Positions 9,324 through 18,685 of a DNA stretch of 64,000 bases are shown here, piece after piece. Each line of letters starts with the position of its first letter. Within the stretch, counting starts at the first letter, position 1. The DNA is from Candidatus Latescibacterota bacterium (GTDB lineage: Bacteria > Latescibacterota > UBA2968 > UBA8231), in assembly GCA_965242865.1 (NCBI GenBank), contig CBDETK010000013.1, forward strand, positions 3,776,001 to 3,840,000, written 5' to 3'. The translations under genes were made by a program, and so were the position numbers. The notes beneath the pieces are model-generated. The model had not been told where the DNA came from, searched no databases, and was given only the letters and a program-made list of their open reading frames with translations.

Positions 9324-10588
9324 GCGTCCGAGCACCACAGCCGCGGGATCGGGCTGGTGTCTTGGCGCTCGGGCAGACGCCAGTATTCGGCTTCTATTGG
9401 GATTTCCTGCAAGTGCGGGCAAGTCATGCCGTGGCGGTCCCACACCACTTCGCCCGCCCGCAGGGTCAGGGCACATTCGAGGCGGTGTCGGGCTTCGATG
9501 CAGGCCCAGCCGCAGTCGCGAAAGTAGAAGTTGCCCTCGAGGACGCCCAGCACGGCGATGTTGGCCTCAGAACCGGGCGTCAAAGTCCCCAACTCGGGCC
9601 GGCGAATGGCTCGGGCCGGCGTGACAGTGGAGCGGTAGATCACTTCTTGTAAGGGCATGTCCATGGCCAAGCACTTGGACATGGTGTCGAGCATGGAGTG
9701 AACGTGGCCGTTGATATTGCCTAGATGCAGGTCGGTGCTAATGGAATCGGGTGGAAAGCCATCGTCGATGGCTGGCATGGCGGCGCGATACCAGAAGCTG
9801 GCCGCTCCGTGGCCGAGGTCGAAGTGGACGCCCTTTTGCCGCGCCTGTCGCATGTAGTCGTACACCGCGCCGCTTTCGTCGATGACCGGGAACTGGCGGG
9901 CAAAGACGTGGGTGTGGATGTCGCCGGGGCGCAGGTGCTCGAGGAGGAGATCGGGATAGGAGCGCTCGGGCGGGCGCGGCCAAAAGTCAACCATCACCGG
10001 CATTTTACAGCGCTCGCCGGCCTCGACAGCCGCATCCACCGAGGCCCAAGGCGGGTGCTCGTCGTCAAAGGGCTTGGTGGTCCAATAGTGGGCGGTCTTG
10101 ATGCCGACGCACACATCGTCGTGGGCCGCGGCCATCTCGGCCGCTTGCTGCGGGTCGAGGTTGGCGACGACTTGTTCGGGCGGCCCCATGCCCGGGGCGG
10201 CGATGTTGATATAGGCGAACATGCGAATTTTGGAGCGGTTGATCACCGTCGTGCGGAAGTGCTCAAACTCCTCGGCCCCGGCCGTGCCCGTATCGACGCA
10301 GGCGGTAACCCCTTCTTTGAGGAAGTGGGCGTCGGCGTGGAGGCTGCCCACCAAGCCGCCCGATTGGCGGGCGCGGGTGTGATAGGTATGGACGTGGATG
10401 TCGATTAAGCCCGGCACGACGACCAGATTGCCCACGTCGATGACGCAATGGGCCTCGGCGGTGGGGATGTCCTGTTCGACGCGGGCGATGCGACCATCGA
10501 GTACGCCGACATCGGAGACGCCGTCCATGGCGTTGGCCGGGTCGATTACGTGGCCGCCTTTGAGCAACATTTCGAGCTTGCGGGGCAT
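9320..10588 (-). CDS. Amidohydrolase/deacetylase family metallohydrolase (dihydroorotase-like, COG3964 type)
   Basis: PGLIDIHVH, DTGTAG, VGIK, LRPGDIHTH, FDLGHGAASF and ISTD motifs. Confidence 0.85.
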   Translation of the reverse strand: MPRKLEMLLKGGHVIDPANAMDGVSDVGVLDGRIARVEQDIPTAEAHCVIDVGNLVVVPGLIDIHVHTYHTRARQSGGLVGSLHADAHFLKEGVTACVDTGTAGAEEFEHFRTTVINRSKIRMFAYINIAAPGMGPPEQVVANLDPQQAAEMAAAHDDVCVGIKTAHYWTTKPFDDEHPPWASVDAAVEAGERCKMPVMVDFWPRPPERSYPDLLLEHLRPGDIHTHVFARQFPVIDESGAVYDYMRQARQKGVHFDLGHGAASFWYRAAMPAIDDGFPPDSISTDLHLGNINGHVHSMLDTMSKCLAMDMPLQEVIYRSTVTPARAIRRPELGTLTPGSEANIAVLGVLEGNFYFRDCGWACIEARHRLECALTLRAGEVVWDRHGMTCPHLQEIPIEAEYWRLPERQDTSPIPRLWCSDA

Positions 10589-10659
10589 GGCTTTTTCGTT
10601 TCAGATTAGGGCGATAATCAAAAAATAGGCTGGCCCAAAAGGAGGGTCAAATGGGGTTA

Positions 10660-10689
10660 TTGACAATGGTTAGATGCTTGGGTTACAAT
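10660..10689 (+). promoter_or_regulatory. Sigma70-type promoter of the nfeD-floA operon
   Basis: TTGACA (10660-10665), 18-nt spacer, TACAAT (10684-10689), in an AT-rich divergent intergenic region. Confidence 0.65.
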
Positions 10690-10728
10690 CTATACCCTTA
10701 TATCTTCATACAATTTACAATTTAGCTC

Positions 10729-12048
10729 ATGCGCCATCTTATCTATACACTTCTAATTTTGTCGGCGGGCAGCGCTCAAGCTCAGACCGTCTATCGCGTC
10801 CACCTCAAGCTAGAGGGCATGATTGACCCGGGCGTGGCGGCCTTTGCCGAGCGCGTGGTCGCCGAGGCCGACGAGACCGCGGCCGCGGCCATCATCTTTG
10901 AGATCGACACCTTTGGCGGGCGCGTCGATGCGGCCGCTGTGATTCGCGACGCCATCCTCGACGCCGAGACCTTGACCATCGCCTTTATCAATAAGCGGGC
11001 GATTTCGGCCGGGGCCCTCATCTCGCTGGCCTGCGATAAGATCGTCATGACGCAAGCCTCGACCATGGGCGCGACCACCCCGGTTGATGCCACGGGCACC
11101 AAGGCCAGCGACAAGGTGACCTCCTATATGCGCGCCGAGATGCGCGCCACGGCCGAGCGCACCGGCCGCAACGTCAAGATCGCCGAGGCCATGGTGGACG
11201 AGCGCGTCGAGGTCCCGGGCCTGAGTGCCGAAGCGGGCCGGCCGGCCACCTTGACCACCGAGCAGGCACTCAACTACCAGATGGCCGACGAGACAGCCGA
11301 GACCTTGATCGAGCTGTTGCGCATCTACGATCTAGGCGAGGCCGAAATCGTGGAGGTCGAGCTCAACTGGGCCGAGCACGTCTTGCGCCTGCTGACCCAC
11401 CCCATTGTCACCTCGATTTTGCTCGCCGTAGCCATGTTCGGCTTAATCGCCGAGGTCCGCACCCCCGGTTGGGGCTTGGGCGGGACCCTCGCGCTGGTGG
11501 CACTGGGGCTTTTCTTCGGCAGCCACCTGATCGTCCACTTGGCAAAGTGGCAGGAGCTCGCGCTCTTTGCCGTGGGCGCGACGCTTTTAATCGTCGAGCT
11601 GGTGGCCATTCCGGGCTTTGGCATCGTGGGCGTGTTGGGTATCGGGGCGATGATCGCGAGCGTGGTGATTACTCAATTGGGCGATTTTCAGTTGTGGAGT
11701 TTCGACGAAATCGTCTCAGTGATCGGGCGTCTCGCCGGCTCGATGATCGGCGCATTTGTACTCTCGCTCATCGTTTTGCGCTCCCTGCCCAAGTTCGCCG
11801 TCTTCAACCGCCTAGTACTCCACAACGAAATCAAGGCCGCCGACGGGTACACCGCTTCCTCGCGCAAGACCGACGAGGAGCTGTTGGGCAAGGAGGGGGT
11901 CACGGTCAGTTACCTGCGGCCCTCGGGCATCGCCCTGTTTGAGGGCCAGCGGCTCACCGTGATTGCCGAGGGCGAATTCATCGAGGCGCAGCGGCCCATC
12001 AAAGTCGTCGAAGCCCGCGGCAGCCGAGTGGTGGTGAAGGCGCTATGA
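10729..12048 (+). CDS. nfeD: Long NfeD family protein (ClpP-like domain + TM + OB fold; YqeZ-like)
   Basis: DTFGGRVD, AISAGALI, IAEAMVD; multiple TMs; C-terminal LRPSGIA..AEGEFI. Confidence 0.9.
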   Translation: MRHLIYTLLILSAGSAQAQTVYRVHLKLEGMIDPGVAAFAERVVAEADETAAAAIIFEIDTFGGRVDAAAVIRDAILDAETLTIAFINKRAISAGALISLACDKIVMTQASTMGATTPVDATGTKASDKVTSYMRAEMRATAERTGRNVKIAEAMVDERVEVPGLSAEAGRPATLTTEQALNYQMADETAETLIELLRIYDLGEAEIVEVELNWAEHVLRLLTHPIVTSILLAVAMFGLIAEVRTPGWGLGGTLALVALGLFFGSHLIVHLAKWQELALFAVGATLLIVELVAIPGFGIVGVLGIGAMIASVVITQLGDFQLWSFDEIVSVIGRLAGSMIGAFVLSLIVLRSLPKFAVFNRLVLHNEIKAADGYTASSRKTDEELLGKEGVTVSYLRPSGIALFEGQRLTVIAEGEFIEAQRPIKVVEARGSRVVVKAL

Positions 12049-12554
12049 GCTTTCTCGGAGGAGAGGTATTGGAATGGGTTTATTCGCTGGCCCTGCTCGT
12101 GCTCGGCTTTGCGCTGGTGCTCTTGGAAATTTTCGTGATTCCGGGGCTCAACATCTTCGGCATTGTTGGTTTTCTGACCGCCGTCGCCGGCATTGGCTAT
12201 GCGTACGTAAACATGGGCAGCTTGGCGGCTGGAGTCGTGGCGGCCTTGGGGCTTGCGGGGACCGCCATCCTAGTGAGACAGATGCTCAAGGTCCGCGCTT
12301 GGAACCGCTTGGTGCTCAACGACGGCATGACGCGCAAGGCCGGCTACGATTCGGTCAAGCCCGGCCGCGAGGCGTTGCTCGGGCAGACGGGCGAGGCGGT
12401 CACCACGCTGCGGCCGGCAGGGCGGGCGCAATTTGGCGAGCGGGTAGTCGACGTAGTCAGCGAAGGTGGCTATATTGAACGCGGCGAGCAGGTCGAGGTA
12501 TTAAAAGTGGCTGGCAACAGAGTAGTGGTTCAGTCCGTTCACTCCGAGCCTTAG
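12045..12554 (+). CDS. Short NfeD family protein
   Basis: EIFVIPG TM region; GQTGEAVTTLRPAG..VDVVSEG OB fold; ATGA overlap with the upstream gene. Confidence 0.85.
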   Translation: MSFLGGEVLEWVYSLALLVLGFALVLLEIFVIPGLNIFGIVGFLTAVAGIGYAYVNMGSLAAGVVAALGLAGTAILVRQMLKVRAWNRLVLNDGMTRKAGYDSVKPGREALLGQTGEAVTTLRPAGRAQFGERVVDVVSEGGYIERGEQVEVLKVAGNRVVVQSVHSEP

Positions 12555-12578
12555 TTTACTCCCTTCAAGGAGCTAATA

Positions 12579-13559
12579 ATGGAAGTCCTATTTTTAGTCT
12601 TGGTGCTTTTTGGCATCATCGTCTTTTTGTCGCTCTTTACGTATTTCATTCCGGTGGGGCTGTGGATTTCGGCTTACTTCGCCGGCGTCCGAGTGGGGAT
12701 CTTCAAGGACTTGGTGGGTATGCGGCTGCGCAAGGTGCCACCGCGCCAGATTGTCGGCCCCAAGATCAGCGCCACGAAGGCGGGGTTGGATGTCGGCTTA
12801 GAGAGCATGGAAGCGCACTACTTGGCCGGCGGCAACGTCAACGCGGTGATTTTGGCCCTGATCTCGGCCGACAAAGCCAACATCGATCTGAGTTTTGAGC
12901 GTGCGGCCAGCATTGACTTGGCCGGCCGCGATGTGCTCGACGCGGTCAAAGTCAGCGTCAATCCCAAGGTGATCAACACGCCCCTGATTGCGGCGATCGC
13001 CAAAGACGGCATTCAGGTCAAGGCCACCTGCCGAGTGACCGTGCGCGCCAATATCGACCGCTTGGTCGGCGGCGCTGGCGAGGAGACGATCATCGCCCGC
13101 GTCGGCGAAGGGATCGTCACTACCATTGGATCGGCGACGACGCACAAAGAGGTACTCGAAAATCCCGATCTGATCTCCCGCCGGGTGCTGGAAAAGGGCC
13201 TCGACTCAGAAACGGCCTTTGAAATCCTCTCCATCGACATCGCCGATGTTGACGTCGGCGAAAACATCGGCGCCAAACTACAGACCGATCAGGCGGACGC
13301 CGATCTCAAAATCGCCCAAGCCAAGGCCGAGGAACGTCGCGCCATGGCCCAAGCACGCGAGCAGGAGATGACCGCTCAAGTCGTAGAGATGGAGTCGCGA
13401 GTCAAGGAAGCCGAGGCCGAGGTGCCGCGCGCCATGGCTCAAGCCTTCCGCGAGGGCAACTTGGGCGTGATGGACTACTACCGCATGCGCAATATCCAAG
13501 CCGACACGGATATGCGCGACTCGATTTCCGAAGGCGACGGGGAACGCGACAACAACTAG
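12579..13559 (+). CDS. floA: Flotillin-like protein FloA (YqfA, UPF0365)
   Basis: [44 protein letters not shown] and GNLGVMDYY motifs. Confidence 0.95.
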   Translation: MEVLFLVLVLFGIIVFLSLFTYFIPVGLWISAYFAGVRVGIFKDLVGMRLRKVPPRQIVGPKISATKAGLDVGLESMEAHYLAGGNVNAVILALISADKANIDLSFERAASIDLAGRDVLDAVKVSVNPKVINTPLIAAIAKDGIQVKATCRVTVRANIDRLVGGAGEETIIARVGEGIVTTIGSATTHKEVLENPDLISRRVLEKGLDSETAFEILSIDIADVDVGENIGAKLQTDQADADLKIAQAKAEERRAMAQAREQEMTAQVVEMESRVKEAEAEVPRAMAQAFREGNLGVMDYYRMRNIQADTDMRDSISEGDGERDNN

Positions 13560-13562
13560 GCC

Positions 13563-14018
13563 ATGGAAGTCCTACTCTTTATCCTCGCCATACTGTTCAG
13601 CGTGTTTTCGGCGCTGATGGAGCGTCGCCGGCGTCGCAAACAGCTTGAAGAGGCGCAACAACAGCACGCCGAGGTCCAGCCGGCCAAGCCCGTTGTCGCC
13701 GAGCAGGAAGAAGAGCCGGCCTTTGGGTGGCCTTTTGATGGCGATCCTTTTGAGGAGCCAGTTCCAGCGGAGGTGGAGGCTGATCCGGTCGAGGCTGAAC
13801 GGGAGGCCCTAGAAGCCGAGCGAGCGGCACTAGCGGTTGAGCGGCGCACTGTGGCGGCCGAGCGGCAGGCCCTGGAGCGACTGATGGAGCCTAGGCCCGC
13901 GGCGCGGCGGCCTCGTCGCGCTCGGAACCGTTGGTTCCTCAATCCTCAGACGGCGCGCGACGCGATTATCTATATGGAAATCCTCGGCAAGCCCAAGAGC
14001 GAACGAGAGGAGTGGTAA
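13563..14018 (+). CDS. YqfB-like protein of the floA operon
   Basis: N-terminal TM, acidic middle region, C-terminal ARDAIIYMEILGKPKS motif. Confidence 0.7.
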   Translation: MEVLLFILAILFSVFSALMERRRRRKQLEEAQQQHAEVQPAKPVVAEQEEEPAFGWPFDGDPFEEPVPAEVEADPVEAEREALEAERAALAVERRTVAAERQALERLMEPRPAARRPRRARNRWFLNPQTARDAIIYMEILGKPKSEREEW

Positions 14019-14032
14019 ATGGAAATGGTATA

Positions 14033-14119
14033 GCCGGAGTGGCGGAATTGGTAGACGCGCTGGATTCAAAATCCTGTATCCGCAAGGGTGTGTGGGTTCG
14101 AGTCCCACCTCCGGCACCA
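14033..14119 (+). tRNA. tRNA-Leu (anticodon CAA)
   Basis: GCCGGAG/CTCCGGC acceptor stem, D-loop AATTGGTAGAC, anticodon loop TT-CAA-AA, long variable arm, GGTTCGAGTCC T-arm, encoded CCA. Confidence 0.97.
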
Positions 14120-14139
14120 TTTTTACGAACCATTACACG

Positions 14140-14169
14140 CTAGCGATGCGGAGCTGCTCGCATCGCTAG
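14140..14169 (+). terminator. Stem-loop downstream of tRNA-Leu
   Basis: CTAGCGATGCG-N8-CGCATCGCTAG 11-bp perfect stem; no strong U-tract. Confidence 0.5.
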
Positions 14170-14259
14170 TACCCTCCGTTCCCTTTGCACTGCCTCCTCA
14201 TCTACCGAAAGCTCAATTTTTCGCACCCACCCAAGAGCCCCGAAAGGAGATAAACCGCC

Positions 14260-14418
14260 GTGACCTCTCCAGAAATAAGGCGTCTCCTCGACATCATCTC
14301 GGTACTCGTGCTGCTGATTGTAATTCCAGCGTACATCTTCTGCCGCCTCGGCCTCATCCTGCTGGTTGCCGTTCCGACGGCGTACATCTTCTGCCGCCTA
14401 AAGAACGGAGAGAGATGA
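14260..14418 (+). CDS. Small 52-aa membrane protein (not in ORF track)
   Basis: AAAGGAG RBS, GTG start; MTSPEIRRLLDIISVLVLLIVIPAYIFCRLGLILLVAVPTAYIFCRLKNGER*; its TGA overlaps the ATG of the next gene. Confidence 0.6.
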   Translation: MTSPEIRRLLDIISVLVLLIVIPAYIFCRLGLILLVAVPTAYIFCRLKNGER

Positions 14419-16217
14419 AAGACGCCGTGAAAAAGCTAAAAGGCCAAACGCGCACTGCGCCGCCGCTCTGGGCGGTCTTGCAGCGACGCCTGATCGACGC
14501 TATCGACGAGGCGGCACCGATCTTTTTGCAAAAGTACACCCGCCCCGGCGGCAGCCTGATATGGATGGAAGAATACCCTGGCGACGGGGTCTGGGCCGAC
14601 GACCTGTACGAGGCATTCTTCAATTGGCCTCACTACTATGCCCTAGGCGGCAGCGAGTACACAGGCGTCAAGGCCCTAGAGGAGTGGAACGCCATTACTC
14701 GGCAGCTAGAGCACGACTACGGCCGCGTCACCCGAGAGTTTATCAACGACGACGACTGGTTCCACAACGCCGAAAACTACATCTACTTCTACCACTTGGG
14801 GATGGCCGATCCGACCAACGCGGACACGCGCCGCCGGGCGCAGCGATTTGCCGGATTGTACTTAAACGACGACCCAGCCGTGCCCAACTACGACCCTGAG
14901 CACCGCATCGTGCGCTCGCCCTGTAGCGGCAGCAAGGGGCCGCTCTTCCAAATGCGGCGCGGCGAAATCCACTACGACCTCACCCACGGTCACGCCACGC
15001 TGGGGCCGGGCTTTGATTTGCCCGCGAACTGGTGGGAAGACCCGGCGACCAAACGCCGCGTTGAGGAGCGATTTGACCAAGTGGTTATGCAGGGCGACGT
15101 GACCGTCAACCTAGGAGTCACCGCACTGGTGGCAACCGCGTTTCTCCACACTGGCGAAGCGCGGTATCGGGCGTGGATCGAGGAATACGTGGGGGCGTGG
15201 ATCGAGCGGACCGAGGCCAACGGCCGCATCGTCCCGGACAACATCGGCCCCAACGGCATCGTCGGGGAGATGCGCCAAGGGCAATGGTGGGGTGGGCTGT
15301 ATGGCTGGACCGGGCGCTATGGACACGGCATGATGGCCCACGCGATCACCGCCGCGGCAGAGGCCGCGCTGTTGGTCACGGGCGAGACCCGCTACTTGGA
15401 CCTGCTCCGCATGCATCTGGACGCGCTAGTTGAGCACGGCGAGGAGGAAAGGGGGCGGCGGCTCGTGCCCTACAAGCACACGGATGACGGTTGGACCGAC
15501 TTCAACCCGATGGACCCCAATGCGCCGATCCACTTGTGGGCGGCGTCTATGGAGGCGCGGGATTGGCAGCGGCTGGAGACCTTGCGCCGAGGGGCCGAAG
15601 ACGAGTGGAGGCAGGTGGGGCCGCGCGGCCCGCGCTCGCTCGACGACCGCGCTTGGACCCGCTTTCTCGCTGGCGAGTTCCCGGATTACCCCGAGCGCAT
15701 CTTGCAGGCCAACTACCGAGAGGTCTGCGACCGCACCGCCAAGGTCCTTGCCGACGAGCAGGATCTCACCAAGCTCAACGTGCATTGGTGGCAGCAGGTC
15801 AACCCGGTGGTCACCGAAGCCTTGGTGCAGCTAACGACCGGCGCGCCCCAGACCATCTACTGGGGAGGGCTGGCACAAGGGCGGGTGCGCTATTTCGATG
15901 GCGAGCAGCAACGGCCGGGGTTGCCCCCGGACGTAGCAGTGCTGGTGACCGGCCTCAGCCGCGAAAGTGCGGAGTTGACGTTGGTCAACTTGAGCGCGAG
16001 CTGCACTCGGCAGGTGATCGTCGGGGCTGGCAGCTTTGGGGAACACTGCTTTGGCCGGGTGCGAGCGGGCGACGAGGCCCTCGACGTGGATAGCCCCTAT
16101 TTCCACGTCGAATTGGCACCGGCCAGCCAAGTCGAGTTGTCGCTCGCCATGCGGCGGTACTGCCGGCAGCCCAGCTTTCGCCTGCCTTGGCACGGCGACG
16201 AGGTGCCCCAGCGGTAG
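14415..16217 (+). CDS. Conserved hypothetical 600-aa protein, probably an (alpha/alpha)-barrel enzyme
   Basis: Start re-assigned to ATG 14415 (GGAGAG RBS) because the longer ORF overlaps the tRNA; aromatic-rich motifs ADDLYEAFFNWP, DWFH, PDNIGPNG, WWGGLYGW, RPGLPPDVA. Confidence 0.7.
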   Translation: MKDAVKKLKGQTRTAPPLWAVLQRRLIDAIDEAAPIFLQKYTRPGGSLIWMEEYPGDGVWADDLYEAFFNWPHYYALGGSEYTGVKALEEWNAITRQLEHDYGRVTREFINDDDWFHNAENYIYFYHLGMADPTNADTRRRAQRFAGLYLNDDPAVPNYDPEHRIVRSPCSGSKGPLFQMRRGEIHYDLTHGHATLGPGFDLPANWWEDPATKRRVEERFDQVVMQGDVTVNLGVTALVATAFLHTGEARYRAWIEEYVGAWIERTEANGRIVPDNIGPNGIVGEMRQGQWWGGLYGWTGRYGHGMMAHAITAAAEAALLVTGETRYLDLLRMHLDALVEHGEEERGRRLVPYKHTDDGWTDFNPMDPNAPIHLWAASMEARDWQRLETLRRGAEDEWRQVGPRGPRSLDDRAWTRFLAGEFPDYPERILQANYREVCDRTAKVLADEQDLTKLNVHWWQQVNPVVTEALVQLTTGAPQTIYWGGLAQGRVRYFDGEQQRPGLPPDVAVLVTGLSRESAELTLVNLSASCTRQVIVGAGSFGEHCFGRVRAGDEALDVDSPYFHVELAPASQVELSLAMRRYCRQPSFRLPWHGDEVPQR

Positions 16218-16312
16218 GGCCGCAATTTCCGTATAGGCTCTTAAAGCGCAAGCCTCCAATCAACCGGATCGTCAATTCGCCTAAGCATCCAATCTAAACT
16301 GGAGACTGGACT

Positions 16313-17059
16313 GTGGACCAAGCCGACCGCGATTTCTTTGCCGCAAACGGCTATCTCAACCTAGGGCAGGTGCTCGCCGCCGACGAGGTGCAATACTTCC
16401 GCGCCCTGTTTGACGGGGATATGGAAAAGTATCCCTACTTCTGGCATCGCTACGGCTACCACCAACACGCCAACTACGAGGCGTTGATCACCTCGCCGCA
16501 GTTCGACGAGTTGATTCGCCACCCCCAGCTATACCCGACGATCGAGGCCCTGATGGGCGGGCCGCTCTGCTTTGGCGAAATCGGGCTGCGGCTGATGCGA
16601 GCCTACGACGGTCCGTTGCACCAAGGTTGGCACCGCGACCGGCCGCATTGGGACGAGCATCCGTTCCGCATGGACTACGTCCAACTCATGGTCTATCTGA
16701 CCGACGTCAACGAGGGAACGCATTGTTTTTCCCTGTCCCCAGAATCGATAAGCCAGCCGGTGCTCAAAGACCAAGAAAGACAGCTCAAGCGGGGCGGCGA
16801 GTACCACTTGCACGGTCCGGCCGGGACCTGTGCCCTGTTCAACGTGGCGGTCCTGCACACGGCCACGACGCGGCCCACGCCAGTTGAGCGGCGGACGGTG
16901 CAGATTTACTATGGGCATCGCCGCCGGGCACCGCTGGCGAACGACTCGACTATTCCGGCGGCGTTTTGGCGGGATAGCGAAGATGCAGAGACGCGGGCTT
17001 TTTACGGAGTTTTGAACGAGCGCACCAAGGCGTATCTGGCGGCATTCCCCGGAGCTTGA
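16313..17059 (+). CDS. Phytanoyl-CoA dioxygenase (PhyH) family Fe(II)/2OG enzyme
   Basis: FFAANGYL, WHRD (HxD), YLTDV, distal LH and downstream R. Confidence 0.85.
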   Translation: MDQADRDFFAANGYLNLGQVLAADEVQYFRALFDGDMEKYPYFWHRYGYHQHANYEALITSPQFDELIRHPQLYPTIEALMGGPLCFGEIGLRLMRAYDGPLHQGWHRDRPHWDEHPFRMDYVQLMVYLTDVNEGTHCFSLSPESISQPVLKDQERQLKRGGEYHLHGPAGTCALFNVAVLHTATTRPTPVERRTVQIYYGHRRRAPLANDSTIPAAFWRDSEDAETRAFYGVLNERTKAYLAAFPGA

Positions 17060-18231
17060 CCCATTCCCTTCCTTTCGGGCGGGAGATTTTGCACACCCCC
17101 CTGTTGCATATCGCACCCACGGATCTGGTGGACATTGCAGTCGTTGGTTTGCTGCTTTGGGGCCTAGTGGCTTGGACCCGCCGGGTGCATACGCGGATGG
17201 CCCTGCTCGGCTTGGCTTTTCTGGGCGTCTTCTACCTGCTAGCGCAGCAGTTTGAGTTGCAGCTAACAGCTTGGCTCTTCCAAGGCTTTTTCGCGGTGCT
17301 CGCGGTGCTCGTGGTGGTAGTTTTCCAAGACGATTTGCGCCGGCTCTTTGAGCAGATCGCCGCGCTCGGGCTGCGCCGCAAGGCTCCGCGCCCCGATCCC
17401 TTAAAGTTGGGGGCACTGATCAGGGGCTTGCGTCAGTTGGCCGCCAAAAAGCGCGGGGCCTTGGTGGTCCTGCCGGGGCGCGAGCCAATAGAGCGGCACC
17501 TGCAGGGTGGGGTCTCTTTGGACGCGAAGATCAGCGAAGAACTCCTCGACAGCCTTTTCGACCCCGGTTCGGCTGGGCACGATGGGGCGCTGGTGATGCA
17601 CAACAACAAGGCCGCCCGCTTTGGGGTGCATTTACCGCTTTCCGAGAACAGGGACGAGTTGAAGGGGGGCAGCACGCGACACGCTGCCGCGTTGGGCCTA
17701 GCCGAGCGCAGCGATGCCCTGTGTCTGGTCGTCTCAGAGGAGCGCGGCACCATTGGGATTGCAGCGCGGGGACGACTCGAAATTCTGAACGATCCGGACA
17801 ATTTGTTGAGCCGAATCCGCTACCACTTGCAGCATGCGGGGACCGAGGTGAAGGTGCGCCGAGCCGGTCGGCGTTTGGTAGAAGGTCTTTTGTCTTTTGC
17901 CTTGGCCTTGGCTGCGTGGTTGATCCTCGTACCGGGCGCGACGTTTGAGGAAACAGCACTCCAAGCACCCGTAGCCGTGGAGAACATGCCCGAGGGATAT
18001 GTGCTAGAGGGCGTCAAACCTCCAGCGGTGGAGGTCGCAGTGGCCGGGTCGCGGCGGGCGATGTTTTTGGCGAGCCATGCGGACTTCCAAGTAGTCGTTG
18101 ACGCCAAGCTGGTCGAGTGGGGGCGGCGGACCTTTGAGGTATCCGCCCAGTCCGTGCGCCATGCAACCGAATTGCAGGTCAAAAGCGTCGAGCCAGAGAA
18201 GGTAAAACTAGCCGTGCGTAAAGCGCGCTGA
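17056..18231 (+). CDS. cdaA: Membrane diadenylate cyclase CdaA fused to a YbbR-like domain
   Basis: Three TMs, VVFQDDLRR, HDGAL, TRHAAALGLAE, VVSEERG; further TM and beta-rich C-terminal domain. Confidence 0.85.
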   Translation: MTHSLPFGREILHTPLLHIAPTDLVDIAVVGLLLWGLVAWTRRVHTRMALLGLAFLGVFYLLAQQFELQLTAWLFQGFFAVLAVLVVVVFQDDLRRLFEQIAALGLRRKAPRPDPLKLGALIRGLRQLAAKKRGALVVLPGREPIERHLQGGVSLDAKISEELLDSLFDPGSAGHDGALVMHNNKAARFGVHLPLSENRDELKGGSTRHAAALGLAERSDALCLVVSEERGTIGIAARGRLEILNDPDNLLSRIRYHLQHAGTEVKVRRAGRRLVEGLLSFALALAAWLILVPGATFEETALQAPVAVENMPEGYVLEGVKPPAVEVAVAGSRRAMFLASHADFQVVVDAKLVEWGRRTFEVSAQSVRHATELQVKSVEPEKVKLAVRKAR

Positions 18232-18337
18232 AGACCGCCCTTCGATGGGCCGCTCGTTTGCCGAATGCAGCCAAAATCCATACTTTGCTATACCTCTAAA
18301 TGCCCTACCATTCACCTTTCATCCCGCGGGAGTTCCA

Positions 18338-18583
18338 ATGGCCAAGTCGATGTTTTCTCGGGAAGTCGCTCTCAAGTTGGAGGGCGAAATCAACGCCTTT
18401 CAAGCCTGTCGCAGCCTGTCGCAGCGCGCACGCGACATTAACACCGAACGCAAAGTGCGAGAAGCCGAAAGCCCCATTTCCGAGGAAGAGCAGCCCAATT
18501 CGTCGGCCAGTGCCATGCTAGATTTTGCCGAGGGGCGCATCGTCCTCATGCCGGAAGAGAGCGCGGACTCAGACGAGATCTGA
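18338..18583 (+). CDS. rpoZ: Probable RNA polymerase omega subunit (divergent)
   Basis: 81 aa from ATG 18338; N.F....SQRARDIN....P....AM.DFAEGRI parallels the RpoZ pattern; candidate TTGCCG-17-TACTTT promoter at 18258-18286. Confidence 0.6.
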   Translation: MAKSMFSREVALKLEGEINAFQACRSLSQRARDINTERKVREAESPISEEEQPNSSASAMLDFAEGRIVLMPEESADSDEI

Positions 18584-18685
18584 TTCGCCGCGGCCCGCCT
18601 CCTCGTGGGCCTTGCTGGCTCCCCAAAAGCCGAGCTAACAGGGAGCTTTCACCCACAGCGCGAACCCCCCTGTAAAGGAGGCGTC

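Noticed and set aside
14033-14119. tRNA-Leu as attachment site of a genomic island
   Set aside because: No integrase nearby, and I did not find a duplicated tRNA 3' end in the window.
14088-14414. N-terminal extension of the 709-aa ORF
   Set aside because: It overlaps the tRNA and hairpin; the RBS supports a start at 14415.
18584-18685. Riboswitch upstream of the sugar operon
   Set aside because: Only short GC stems; no aptamer consensus I can recognise. An Rfam scan would settle it.
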